Assembly (NCBI GenBank): GCA_030704615.1
Contig: CM060733.1
Span: forward strand, 15,624,001 to 15,688,000
Direction of reading: 5' to 3'
Length of the DNA: 64,000 nucleotides
DNA from: Takakia lepidozioides
Lineage: Eukaryota > Plantae > Bryophyta
Shown here: in pieces, positions 39,357 through 51,033 of the stretch
Numbering within the stretch: the stretch's first letter is position 1
Layout of the letters: each line of letters begins with the position of its first letter
Notes under the pieces: model-generated
Told to the model about the DNA's origin: nothing
Databases searched by the model: none
Seen by the model: only the letters and a program-made list of their open reading frames with translations
Made by a program: the position numbers and the translations under genes

Positions 39357-41483
39357 ATGAAGCCCAACAAGCACACATTTATTAGTATCCTAAGGACATG
39401 CAGCAATCAAGCAGCTGTGAAACAGGGCAAGAGAATCCACGCTCAGATAATTGAAGCTGGATTAGAGTCAGATATCCATGTGGGGAATGCCCTTGTCAGC
39501 ATGTATGCAAAGTGTGGGAGTATTGAGACCTCCCGCCAAGTGTTTGACCAAATGCCTCAACGAGATGTGGTCTCGTGGACTGCAATGATTGGAGGATATG
39601 CTCAACATGGGCTTGGTCAAGAGGCATTTGAACTCTTTTGGAAAATGCAGCAAGAACGTGTGATGCCAAACAGGGTCACCTTTTGTAGTATCCTCAAGGC
39701 ATGCACAGCTCTGGAGCAGGGCAAGCGGGTCCATGCATACATCATGCAAGCAGGATATGAGTCAGATGTTCTTGTGGGAAATGCCCTTGTCAGCATGTAT
39801 GCCAGGTGTGGGAGCATGGTGGATGCACGGCAAGAGTTCGAAAAAATACCTGAAAAAAATGTGGTCTCGTGGAATGCAATGATGGCAGGATGTGCTTACC
39901 AAGGGCACTATGTAGAAGCATTTGCACTCTTCTCAAAAATGCAGCAAGTGGGCATGAAGCCCAATAAGATCACATTCATGAGCATCCTCAACACCTGTAC
40001 TTGCCCCCCAGCTGTGGTGCAGGGCAAGCAGATCCATGCTCACATAATTGAAACTGGATTTGAGACAGATGTCGCTGTGGGAAATGCCCTTGTCAGCATG
40101 TACGCCAAGTGTGGGAGTGTTTTGAGCGCATTACAAGTTTTTCATAAAATGCCTCATCGAGATGTTGTTTCATGGACTACCATAGTGGACATTCATTGCA
40201 AGTGTGGAAGTTTGGTGGATGCACGCCGAGTGTTTGACAGAATGCCTAGTAAGAATGTGGTATCATGGACTGTGATGATTGGAGGATATGCTCAGCATGG
40301 TCATGGAGTGGAGGCTCTTAGACTCTTCTGGAAAATGCAACTACAAGGTGTGCAGCCTAACAAGTTGACTTTTATGAGCATTCTCAACGCATGTGCAAGC
40401 CTGGCAGCTGTAGAAGAAGGCAAGCAGGTCCACTCCCAAATTATCAAGGCTGGATTTGAGACAGATATCCGTTTGGTAAATGCCCTAATTGACATGTATG
40501 CCAAGTGTGGAAGTGTTGTGGATGCGCGCCGAGTGTTTGACAAGTTATGCAAAGGAGATGTGGTCTCGTGGACTGCGATGATCATGGGATATTCTCAGCA
40601 AGGGCATGGCAAAGATGCTCTGCAACTTTTCAAAGAGATGCAACAGGAAGGGGTGAAGCCAAATGATGTAACATTCATTGCAGTCCTGTCTGCATGCAGC
40701 CATATGGGCCTAGTAGATGAAGGACAACATTATTTCCATTCTATGAGTAGAGATTACGGAATTATTGCAACAGGAAAACATTTTGGCTGCATGGTCGACC
40801 TTCTTGGCCGTGCAGGGCGCTTGGATGAGGCAGAGGATTTCATCAACAGATTGCCATTTAAACCAGATGCTTTGGTGTGGGGGGCTTTACTTGGTGCCTG
40901 CAGAATACATGGCAATGTGGACCTAGCAGAGCGTGCTGCAGAATGTTGTCTCAAATTGGAACCACAAACTTCTGCAGTTTATGTACTGCTAGCAAATATT
41001 TATGCTGCAGCTGGTAGGTGGGATGATAGAGCAAAGGTGAGAAGAGTTATGGAGGACAGAGGTGTGCAAAAGGAGCAAGGACGCAGCTGGATAGAGGTCA
41101 AGAATAAGCTACATGCATTTGTTGCAGAAGATAGATCACATTCGCAAACAAATGAGATCTATATGGAGTTGGAAAGGTTGATCAGGCTCATGAAGGAGGC
41201 TGGATATGTGCCTGACACGTCAGTTGTACTACATGATATGGATCAGCCGAAAAAGGTATGGTCTGTCTGCCACCACAGTGAAAAGTTGGCCATTGCTTTT
41301 GGGCTCATCAGTACGCCATCTAGGACAACCATTCGCATCATCAAGAACCTCCGGATCTGTGGCGACTGTCACACCGCCACCAAGTTCATCTCCAAAATTG
41401 TTGGAAGAGAAATCATTATAAGGGATGCCAATCGCTTTCATCTGTTCAAGAATGGGGTGTGTTCTTGTGGGGATTACTGGTGA
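39357..41483 (+). CDS. PLS-E-DYW PPR protein (C-to-U RNA editing factor type), intronless, 708 aa
   Basis: P-L-S triplets, E domain (VWGALLGACRIHGNV), QGRSWIEV box, HSEKLA and CGDCH zinc ligands, terminal DYW*. Confidence 0.93.
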   Translation: MKPNKHTFISILRTCSNQAAVKQGKRIHAQIIEAGLESDIHVGNALVSMYAKCGSIETSRQVFDQMPQRDVVSWTAMIGGYAQHGLGQEAFELFWKMQQERVMPNRVTFCSILKACTALEQGKRVHAYIMQAGYESDVLVGNALVSMYARCGSMVDARQEFEKIPEKNVVSWNAMMAGCAYQGHYVEAFALFSKMQQVGMKPNKITFMSILNTCTCPPAVVQGKQIHAHIIETGFETDVAVGNALVSMYAKCGSVLSALQVFHKMPHRDVVSWTTIVDIHCKCGSLVDARRVFDRMPSKNVVSWTVMIGGYAQHGHGVEALRLFWKMQLQGVQPNKLTFMSILNACASLAAVEEGKQVHSQIIKAGFETDIRLVNALIDMYAKCGSVVDARRVFDKLCKGDVVSWTAMIMGYSQQGHGKDALQLFKEMQQEGVKPNDVTFIAVLSACSHMGLVDEGQHYFHSMSRDYGIIATGKHFGCMVDLLGRAGRLDEAEDFINRLPFKPDALVWGALLGACRIHGNVDLAERAAECCLKLEPQTSAVYVLLANIYAAAGRWDDRAKVRRVMEDRGVQKEQGRSWIEVKNKLHAFVAEDRSHSQTNEIYMELERLIRLMKEAGYVPDTSVVLHDMDQPKKVWSVCHHSEKLAIAFGLISTPSRTTIRIIKNLRICGDCHTATKFISKIVGREIIIRDANRFHLFKNGVCSCGDYW

Positions 41484-41910
41484 TGCTAAATGAAACAAGT
41501 GACGACCCGTCTAATTTTTTGGACTAACTTTTGCAATGTCTCTGAACATTCAAGGCTTTAGCATGTCCACAAGGCTCCAGTGCGGGGGACGAAGGGTTAT
41601 TTCTCCTTCTCTGCCTTGTTGTCAGGATGGTGTACAGCCCTCCCCTAGACACCATCAGTTTATATATTTAGAATTTCACGATCCGTTCATGACTACAAAT
41701 ATTCAATATTGTAAAAATATATAATCGTCCATATATTAAGCAAGGTAGTTTGTTGGCTCTCTTGCAGAGAGAGACTTTGCAACATGTTGAAGTCATGGAG
41801 AAAATGTGGTCAAAGGACCTTACACCATGTCAAGGCTCCGATTGGTCCGATTGTGCTGAGTCAAGCCCCTTACTCTCTCACCTTCCGCTTATGTTTTGCC
41901 AAAGCATTAA

Positions 41911-43260
41911 CCCTTCAAGGACCAGGCGACCCGTATCGGGTCGGGTCGAAAGATGATAAATGCGCAGATCATGTCGGATGAAAACGATTCCTAAACGAAA
42001 AGTGTAGCCCATAAATATTTACGGCCCCTGTGTTGATCGCACCCTAAAAAATCTAATCCCCCGCCGTCAGGATTTTTTGGAATCTGGACGGGTCCAAAAT
42101 CCTGTGGTTTTGGGCCCGTCAGCAGGTTGACTGGCAGACGTGGCAGGCAGGATTGGGGGAGTGTGCGTTTGCCGGCAGCGGGTGACAGCGGGGGGCTGCA
42201 TGTCCGCCCGTGCGGACAGCGGGGACCCCCGGCACGCGCGAGACGCCAGGCACGTGACCCAATCAGGTGGCAGGTGGCGGGGGCGGGAGATTCTCACCCG
42301 TGTAGGGTTTAGGTGCGTGGCCCAATCAGGTGGCCGTTGGCAGGTCATGGAGGGAGAGCGCTGAAACGCAGGGTGGAGGGCCCCGTGACTTCCTTGGTTT
42401 GTGATGACGTGGCCGGATTTTTGCCGGAAATGTCCATCGGCTCCGGCAATTCTTGGCCGGAGCTGGGATTCTAGTAGGGGTTCGGTTTTTTTTGGCAATC
42501 TTTGGCTACAAACAGCTTAGAATGTGGAATTTTTTTTCCAGGGTAACTCGGTAGGTAGGCAAACAACAACATGACGAGAGGAATTTGGATTCCCTCACAA
42601 ATTGCCCCACATTTGGGGGGATGTGTTTTTCCCATGAGAGAAATTGGCATTTTGACCCCCCTGTTTTCCCATTCAAAGCAACCATTATGCATTTTTGGAA
42701 TTTGGCTCTGGAATTTTGGGAGGCTTTGCTGTGGGTGCCATATAATCTGAATCTGGGTAGGCTGTCAATGAAAAATCAAAAAGGTTGGCAATCTGCTTGG
42801 TCAAACCAAATTTTCATGTTGAAAATATATCCAAAAAAAAAAAAAGCCTAGAATTTTTGTACTTTAGACGGTCAATTCTCCTGAAATTTTTACTTGAGGT
42901 GCATGAAGTAGGTAGGATGACTTTGGAACGGTTCATCCCCTCGGATGTTTGTCCAATGGGAGATACACCCTCATCCGTGAGGGTATGTCTGGTTTTAGAC
43001 GGGGCCCACCAAAAACAGGCTAAGCAGGCCGCCTAGAAAATAGAGTGTAGGTACTCCAAAATGGACTGGTATGTTGGGTGTGAGGGCTGCCAATGGGGCA
43101 CCCAGAGATCACATAGAGATAGCATGTTGTTGGGACGATTCCACCGAATTTCAGTCAAACCTGTTTTATTGGATGCCATCATCCAAAAATGAATAATAGA
43201 AAATCCTTTTTTGTCACTTTTTGCACAAAAGTCAAACTTACCCACTGGGGCCCTTAGGGG
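41911..43260. mobile_element. Non-autonomous piggyBac-like DNA transposon (1350 bp)
   Basis: TTAA at 41907-41910 and 43261-43264; imperfect TIRs CCCTTCAAGGACCAG / CTGGGGCCCTTAGGGG; subterminal palindrome cgacccg-tat-cgggtcg; no transposase. Confidence 0.68.
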
Positions 43261-43292
43261 TTAAAAAACAATGATGTAAAAACAAGAGTTGG

Positions 43293-44695
43293 CTACTCTT
43301 CAACAGCAAGGTGGTCATAGGTGGCGGCGACATGAACAAGGTGGCGATGGAGGGCTTGTGGGGTGGAAAAGAAGGGGCTGTGGTCTGAACCTTCCAACTC
43401 TAGTACGCTGTCCATTTTGTTGTCAGAGATAAGCATGTCCCGGGTTTCAGGAAGTATACAATGGTCTTTGCTGGCTTTTACGAAAACTTTGGGAACACTG
43501 CCATAGCGTTCTGTGGTGTAGATGGTCGCATCACTAGTCCCAAATAATGGAACTGGTCTCAGTAGCATCGTTGCAAGCGCTACATCCTGACCAACCCACA
43601 TTTCACAATACACAAAGTGGATCAATGTCCAGAGAATCTCTCTCTCTCTCTCTCATTGTTGAACCCCTGTTCCCATGGTTCTTCCCTCCTCCACAGGTCT
43701 GTTTCCGATGAAGGAATATTACTTGCTGACAAGAAATGGTAGTCTAGCTACAAGTTGAATAGACTGTGTGAACCTGAGAGGCTCTCAAAGGAGCTGTCAA
43801 AGGAAGGACCACTCACCTCTGAGGGGCTAGTGTTGTAAAATACGTCCTTCAAAGCGCCTTTGGAGACTGTCCATGAAGTCGGTGGGTTTGTGTCGCCTCT
43901 GCCGAAGTGGGTTTCTCGCGATCTTTGAAAGAGAGGTGATCCCTGCTGCAAAGCGATGCTCTTCCCAAGATGAAACTTAATTCGTCTAAATGTACAAATG
44001 CTTAAGTTGAACCCTCACATGGACTTACTTTACTACCATCGACGAAGATCAATAGACACGAGGAGAAGAACTACAGTGTAGAATCCAAAGGGATCCCAAT
44101 TATTGCGATGAAAGCTTTCACGCAAACAGGGGGACACCATGTGGTACAATAGTACGAACGAACTGACCTCCTGTTCACTGTTGGGAACGCCGCTGGGGAG
44201 TATGACAGCAGACACATAGATGGCAGCCGCTATCTTGTGGGGATACACCTCGCTCATTCTTCCCAAACTAATTCCCCCCAAGCTGTGGCCGACAAGGATA
44301 ATCTGTCCGTATCAATTAAGAACAAACAATTGGAGGAGTCCGTATTTAGTATGTCTGGAAAACCTTGAACCTACCGGAAATATCAAACTCAACTGAATGA
44401 AGTGGTCAGCCTGGTCCGCATGGATATGTACAGAGACAAGAACTTGGATCTCGGTGGCCAGCAACTCCCTCACCTTTTCGTCTTCGGGAAGGGACTCAAT
44501 CAGATCAGTAAGAGGCTGATTGTAGTGATCAATTGATTCGACGTTATCTACGTGGATTGTGCTGATGCCTGCACTTGTCAGATCGACCGCTGTGGCTTTA
44601 TGTCCAGCCTTCTGCAGGAGGTCAACGGTTTTGTACCAACACCAGGCCCCATGGCCGGCCCCGTGTACCAACACAAAATGGCTCCCTTTTGTCAT
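43293..44695 (-). CDS. Methylesterase (MES/SABP2-like alpha/beta hydrolase); exons 44695-44474, 44302-44168, 43945-43817, 43586-43293
   Basis: HFVLVHGAGHGAWCWYK, nucleophile GHSLGG, acid in KDHCI, His in SDHSPFFS; phase-0 GT-AG junctions. Confidence 0.93.
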
Positions 44696-46241
44696 CTTTC
44701 TGAACAGATCCTTTACAAGCACACAACCCACAACAAGCTGAAAATGTAAGGAGCTGAAGTAATTCCACACTTTGGAACGTCTTGCTTTCCAGCTTGGTCA
44801 AACTTGCAAGAATGGACAACGGAAATGTCTAGTAAACCACCCCGCAAAGCAAGCTTATGCTAGCACTTGGTGGATTTGAACAAAAGAGTCAGTCTCGAGC
44901 TAATGAATTGATCACCACCGTATCTTGCATCTGGAACTTCACTCGAACACACGGTTATGTGGCTGAACTGACATTTTCTTTGTGGATTCATCTGCAAAGG
45001 GTCGTCATGGCAGGTCTGCCTCCCGTCTATTCTGACAAATTACGGCGTGATACTACTAGACTGCATGACTGATCATGCTGCCTGGAAAGTATTTCTAGAA
45101 TCTCGGCCCGGTACCTGTTGGAGCTTTCAGAACACCTGGGAGTTCTATTGGAGGTAGCAGCTTGCAATTATTTTGTCATAAAAAAAAGACCTCAGAACCT
45201 GAAATAACCTGAGAGCTTCACATGGAGTACTAATTAGAGGGGTCTCGAGGTGAAAAATTGCTACTTCCTTGGAACCTAACAATTGCAAGTATGGCTAGAG
45301 TCAGCCGGAGTCAGATCCTCAACATCCGGGAGGAGCGACGTAGAAGCCAGTACACTCTCTAATTCCTACAGCACTCACAGTACTTTCCGAAGTGTACTGG
45401 CCGCAAGCTGGTACGTCCGCCTCCCTCAAGATGTGAAGAATCAATCAATTTTGAGCAGTTATACACTGCATTGTTCAGCAAGCGATAGAGAAGCGCCACA
45501 AATCTAGACGGAGATGGGCAGTCAGGATTCAGCTGCAGCTGATAGAAATTATCCATAGTTAACATAAAATCAGCAACGGTACAGCATACAACATATTCGA
45601 AAGAGATGTTCAGCGGGCGCAACCGATTCGAACCTCAAAGCTTTCCAACTGATGAACCTTGACTTGCAGATGTGCTCCTGCGAACCTCTTGCGGAAGGAC
45701 GAGAAACAATAACAAAGTTGAAATTATAGCGGACAAACAAGAATCAGAAATCGCGGATTTGTGTCCCACAACAACCCCAGTCATCTTTTATACTCATTCT
45801 CTTGGTGGCCAGAATCGACGAAGCTAAGGAGCAGGGAAGGAGCAACGTGACCTTCTTGGGGCTGCTTACATGTTACTCGGTCAAACCTGGATAACGTACA
45901 ACGTACCTCTGTTAATGTTTTTTTCTACTCCCACAATTTTTGCATTGCAAGCTCAAATCGGCCACGAGTCGGCGAAACAGAATCAGAGCGTGGTGTGTAG
46001 CCTTCATGGGGCCCACATGACAATTGCATGCAATTGCCACCATGCAATTGCCATGTGGGACCCGCATCTACTATATGCAGCTTCGTTGTGAGTGTGCATG
46101 GAGAGGAATGGAGAAATAGAGATTCTTGTGCAAAACTCCAACACGAACGAGAGATCCAGCGGGGTTGCAGTGTGTACAGATGGACAACAAGACGGTTGTG
46201 AAAAGGAACGCGGCTGTCCATGGAAGGATCCAACCAAAGAA

Positions 46242-46320
46242 TGTACTGTAGTTGTGGCCATTGAACCCGCGCCCACTTTGAGCGGAACACAAAGGGACAC
46301 AAGACAGAACCTACCTTTAC
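46242..46320 (-). mobile_element. Short 3'-end copy of LINE family A
   Basis: Reverse complement ...tgtccctttgtgttccgctcaaagtgggcgcgggttcaatggccacaactacagtac matches the family 3' end with a small deletion. Confidence 0.75.
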
Positions 46321-46429
46321 CTTTGATATATCAGGAAGTGGGAGCATTACTTAGCAGAAGCCAGTTAATGTTCATAAGTGGGAAAATCTTTCGAACTTAT
46401 ATTTTATATAGTCACATCATTTGGGTCTT

Positions 46430-46600
46430 TTATAAAGATTTACAAGGGCTGTGTGGATCATATAATCTTCACTCTAACTTAAGCAAAATTATCCAAAGAA
46501 GGAAGAAAGAAGGGACACCCACTTTTGTATTTTTCTTGGATGTCGAAAAGGCTGATGACGAATTTGTCGTCACTGGATTTAAATTTTTGTATATTGGTTC
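46430..46600 (+). mobile_element. LINE RT fragment
   Basis: IIQRRKKEGTPTFVFFLDVEKADD, a decayed RT motif of the FLDxxKAYD type. Confidence 0.65.
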
Positions 46601-48681
46601 TTTCTAAAATTTCCCAAGTCCTTGTTCTTCTATGGCGGCGGACCCTCCAGTGGACTCTGGATTGGACTATTGCCACTCTGCACTGTAGAGTGGACCGTCT
46701 AGCAGACTCTGTAGAATGGACTGCAGAGTGGATCTCCTCAAGCGGATCACTCTGGGTCCACCAGACTTTGCAGAGTGACCCTCTTCAGCGGACTGTGAGT
46801 CCACCGGACTTTGGAGAGTGGGTGGACCCTCTAGGAGAGTCTACAAATTCTCCAATGGATCATCTGGTAGACCCGGTGGATGGGGCTTATGAGGTGGCCC
46901 CATGTGCCATACCGGCGGGGCCCACAGGCGCATTGAATACACTATTACTAAAAATCGGTGGCCCCAATGACATTCTCTTTGAAAAACAAACAAAAAAAAA
47001 TAGTTTGCTCTCATTAACAAGATCACACCTACCAAGGTTGGCCCTTTGACCAAACCAGCGTCCGGGAAATAATTTCAGTTGAACCAGCCAATGGCCCCTC
47101 ATTCTGAGAACCAACCGGCTAAGTGGGTTGGGGAGTCGGTTGCTTCCCCTTAATGGTAACTGCAATAGTCAATTTCCTATGTGAACATACTCGGTAAATT
47201 TCCGAAGGTTTCAATTTTCACTCGTAAATCCTCATAATCAGTCGGCTAGCATGTAACTAGCTGCCGGTTCTCCCCGTTGGTTGGACCAAACGATACCACT
47301 TTACCTACTCCATGCTCCTACTAGGGGCCGCACCTCGGTGTCCGAACATTCTCTTAGTCAAATTATATGTTGTACGGGTTAAACTTAGAGACATAACTTA
47401 GAGACATGTGACAAATGTCAAGTGGTTACTGTTATCCCCATTAACCATCTCAAATGATCATTCTTACAAACATGTTATGTACCTTATCAAACTTGATTAC
47501 AAAGATGTGACCAATACCAAAATAAAATTCCACTCAACACGATCTTGGTGTTTTCATGAAAGACTAGGGTAGTCTGTGCCGTTGGCCCAAGTGTCAAGTG
47601 TCATCTAAGTCCAAGTGCAATCCCCTATGTATCCAGGTGCATCTCCTATGTCGAGGCCCAAATGCGACCTCTAGGGTAGCATGTGCCCTCGGACGAGTGT
47701 CCATTGTCATCTAAGCCCAAGTGTAAGATCTTATATGTATCCCACTCCGTCTCCTATGTTGAGGCCCAAGTGTCCATTGTCATCTAAGCCCAAGTGTAAG
47801 ATTTTCTACGTTTGCCACAACGTCTCCTATGTTGAGGCCCAAGTGTGACCTCTAGTGTAGCATATGCCGTTGGCCCATATGTGAAGAATTGAAATCTAAG
47901 ACCAAGTGTAATTTCCTATGTACCCAAGTGCGTCTCCTATGTCGAGGCCTATCTAAGCCCAAGTGCAATCTTCTATTCATGTATCCAAGTGCATCTCCCA
48001 TGTAGAGCCCCAATTGTCCACTATCATCTAAGCCCAAGTCCAATCTCATATATATCCAAATGCATCTCATATGGCCCATCTAAGCCCAAGTGCAATCTTC
48101 TATTCATGTATCCAAGTGCATCTCCTATGTAGAGCCCCAATTGTCCACTGTCATCTAAGCCCAAGTCCAATATCTTATGTATCCAGTGCAATCCCCTATG
48201 TATCAAAGTGCGTCTCCTATGTCGAGGCCCAAATGCAACCTCTAGGATAGCCTCTGCCATTGGCCCAAGTGTTCAGTGTCATCTAAGCCCAAGTATAAGA
48301 TCCTATATGTATCCAAGTGCGTCTCCTATGTCGAGGCCCAAATGCGACTTCTAGGGTAGCGTGTGCCTTTGGCCTATGTGTGAAGAATTGAAATCTAAGA
48401 CCAAGTGCAATTTCCTATGTATTACAATGCGTCTCCCGTGTCAAGGCCCAAATGCCATCTCTAGTGTAGCCTATGCCGTTGGCCCATGTGTGAAGAATTG
48501 AAATCTAAGACCAAGTGCAATTTCCTATGTATTACAATGCGTCTCCCGTGTCAAGGCCCAAATGCCATCTCTAGTGTAGCCTATGCCGTTGGCCCATGTG
48601 TGAAGAATTGAAATCTAAGACCAAGTGCAATTTCCTATGTATCCAAGTGCATCTCCTATGTCGAGGTCCATATAAGCCCAA

Positions 48682-51033
48682 GCCAAGTAATAGATGGGGC
48701 CTGGAGTTGAATGCGAGGGAGCCGGTTCAGCCAGTGTGGACCCCCGCCCACCCCCGCGTACCGCGCGGCACCTGCCATGCGGCAGCCCCTCCCGCGCCTC
48801 ATGTACCCTCTGCCAGGACATGACACATGTCCTCTCACCCATCCCCATCTCGTCTCCCATCCTCACCTCATGCATGGCATCGTCCCCCATCCCCCCTGCA
48901 TGCCTTCATCCTCCCCATGCCACATGCTTGCGTCCATTGCATACATGGTATCCCCAAACATACATCATGCACTCAATTCACACTACAACAGATTGCGATA
49001 TTTATGACTGTATATATGACTATTCTGCAGTCATAAACGGTACATATGACTTCTATGACTGTAAGTCGTGCAAACCAAGTCAATACAATGAGTATAGGAT
49101 GGTACGGTCTGGATTACTACAATCATATGAACCAAGTGATATCTCTTACTGCAGTCATATATACCATACTGCAGCCGTTGCTGCCGTGCCACGTGGCGAG
49201 GCGCAATTGATTTAAAAATTTAAATTAAATAAAAAAAAACTGAAAAAATAAAAACATATGTGAAACGCCGCGTCGCACCGCATTGTGCCACGTGGCATAA
49301 TGCATTTTATAATAATGAAAAAACCACGTGGCAGTCCATCTAGGGTACCACGTGCTATCCCTAGCTCGCCTACTAACCCTAGGGCCATCTTATCCATTTG
49401 ATTGTACTTAGGGAAGTTTGAACCTGCAATCTCTTTACTATAAGAACTATAGTTCACTACTTGTTAACCAATACACCCATTAGTCATTCATATAATCATA
49501 TGGTGTTTTAATTATATTATACACACCAAATTACAAATTCCCCAGTAGTCATCATGACTATGTAACCTCATCCATGTACACTGTAGTAATGGAAATGACT
49601 ATGAATGGTGAGCTAAATCTGGTCAATTGCCGCTAACCAGCCTTCCGCCTATTCGGGAGCCATGTAGTCATACAGACGACTATTTAGATAGTCGTTCATA
49701 TGACCACAGTCGTATATGACTGCAGGAGGTCAATTTCATATAAAAACATGGTACAGTCATGGTCAAAGTCATGAAAACCATGACTACCACGGTTTGGCAG
49801 TCATATCTACCGCGATCTGTTGTAGTGTCAAATCTTTTCAAATTTTGAAATGGCAAATCTGAATAAAGAGAATGGACGTTGGGATATATGTCACGTCGTC
49901 ACATACACTGCCATCCCAATGGAGGGTTTTGCTACCCTCATCGTGCATTTTAGTAGAGCAGTTCTCTCCATGCGTTTCTAGCTTGCCCACATGAATTGAC
50001 AACATTCCATTATACATGCCCAGAATATGAATGCAAAAAGGCGCGTGTGAGGATACGGCAGCGAAAGAAGACATCAGCAAACTCAGAAACGTCTTATTTC
50101 TGTAAGCATGGCTGAAGAGGTTGAACATGGCAAGATTTTGCCCCATCTTCTTTCTAATCTGCAAAGTCAGCTATAGACACCAAAGACAGGTACTTTCACA
50201 CACCATGACTTGCAATGGAGGTCCCAATGGCACGGACAGATATCTGATGATAACACAACTGAAATTGCATATATTCCTTGGAATTGCATAAATTACTATA
50301 GTGAGAAAACGATACAGGAACGCGGGTAGTGTGCATTAAGGCTAGCACACACGTACTTATCTAGTTCACTCATTTGCCACTGCTATTGCCCTGATTGATC
50401 TGTTCCCTCCTTTCCAGTATCTGTACTTCTAGAATGTCCCACATTTATGAACCTATGCATACAGTATATGTGAAAGTACCCATACAGAAGGGAACCTCCA
50501 AAGATGATTGGGTTTCGGATGCTCGATGTAGAACTTACTCACCCGCAAGGTAAATCCTGGGAGAAGAGCACAATGACAATCCGGATAACACAGAAAAACA
50601 AGATTGAGGTTGTGGAGCGATAATAAGGACCTGCACGCAATTTCAGATTTGGAGCGGAAGCGGTGCAACCATTGAAGACGGCCACAACATCCTGCTTCGT
50701 ATGCCGATTCTCCATTCCTATCCACAAACTCGACCTGCATGACGGGACGCGGTACGCCAACGCCATCAAGCGCAACGATTGCGACATTTCGCAATGTCTG
50801 CCAACAACGCAACGTCATGTCTCATCTGGTACGTCTATTCCACCTACCCTCATCATTTTACATGCAATGCCATACCATGTATGCAATGGACGCAAGCATG
50901 TGGCATGGGGAGGATGAAGACATGCAGGGGGATGGGGACGATGCCATGCATGAGGTGAGGATGGGAGGCGAGGGGTCCATGCTGGTTGAACCGGCTCCCT
51001 CGCATTCAACTCCAGGCCCATCTATTACTTGGC
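48682..51033. mobile_element. Non-autonomous Mutator-like element (MULE)
   Basis: Long TIRs 48682-48951 and 50872-51033 (right one has an internal deletion) starting GCCAAGTAATAGATGGG; 9-bp TSD taagcccaa at 48673-48681 and 51034-51042. Confidence 0.9.
48981..49827. mobile_element. Non-autonomous CACTA element nested in the MULE
   Basis: TIRs CACTACAACAGAT(T/C)GCG; 3-bp TSD TCA at 48978-48980 and 49828-49830; subterminal TATGACT/AGTCATA repeats. Confidence 0.93.

Noticed and set aside
41050-41483. Possible U-to-C (DYW:KP-type) editing domain
   Set aside because: The domain has canonical SWIEV, HSEKLA, CGDCH and terminal DYW, consistent with the C-to-U type.
46640-46880. Degenerate GTGGAC/CAGACT short repeats within a 174-aa ORF
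   Set aside because: No definable unit, termini or protein motif; probably an old repeat remnant.
47852-49215. Several ORFs in the satellite and MULE TIR
   Set aside because: By-products of repeats and GC-rich TIR sequence, with no protein-like conservation.
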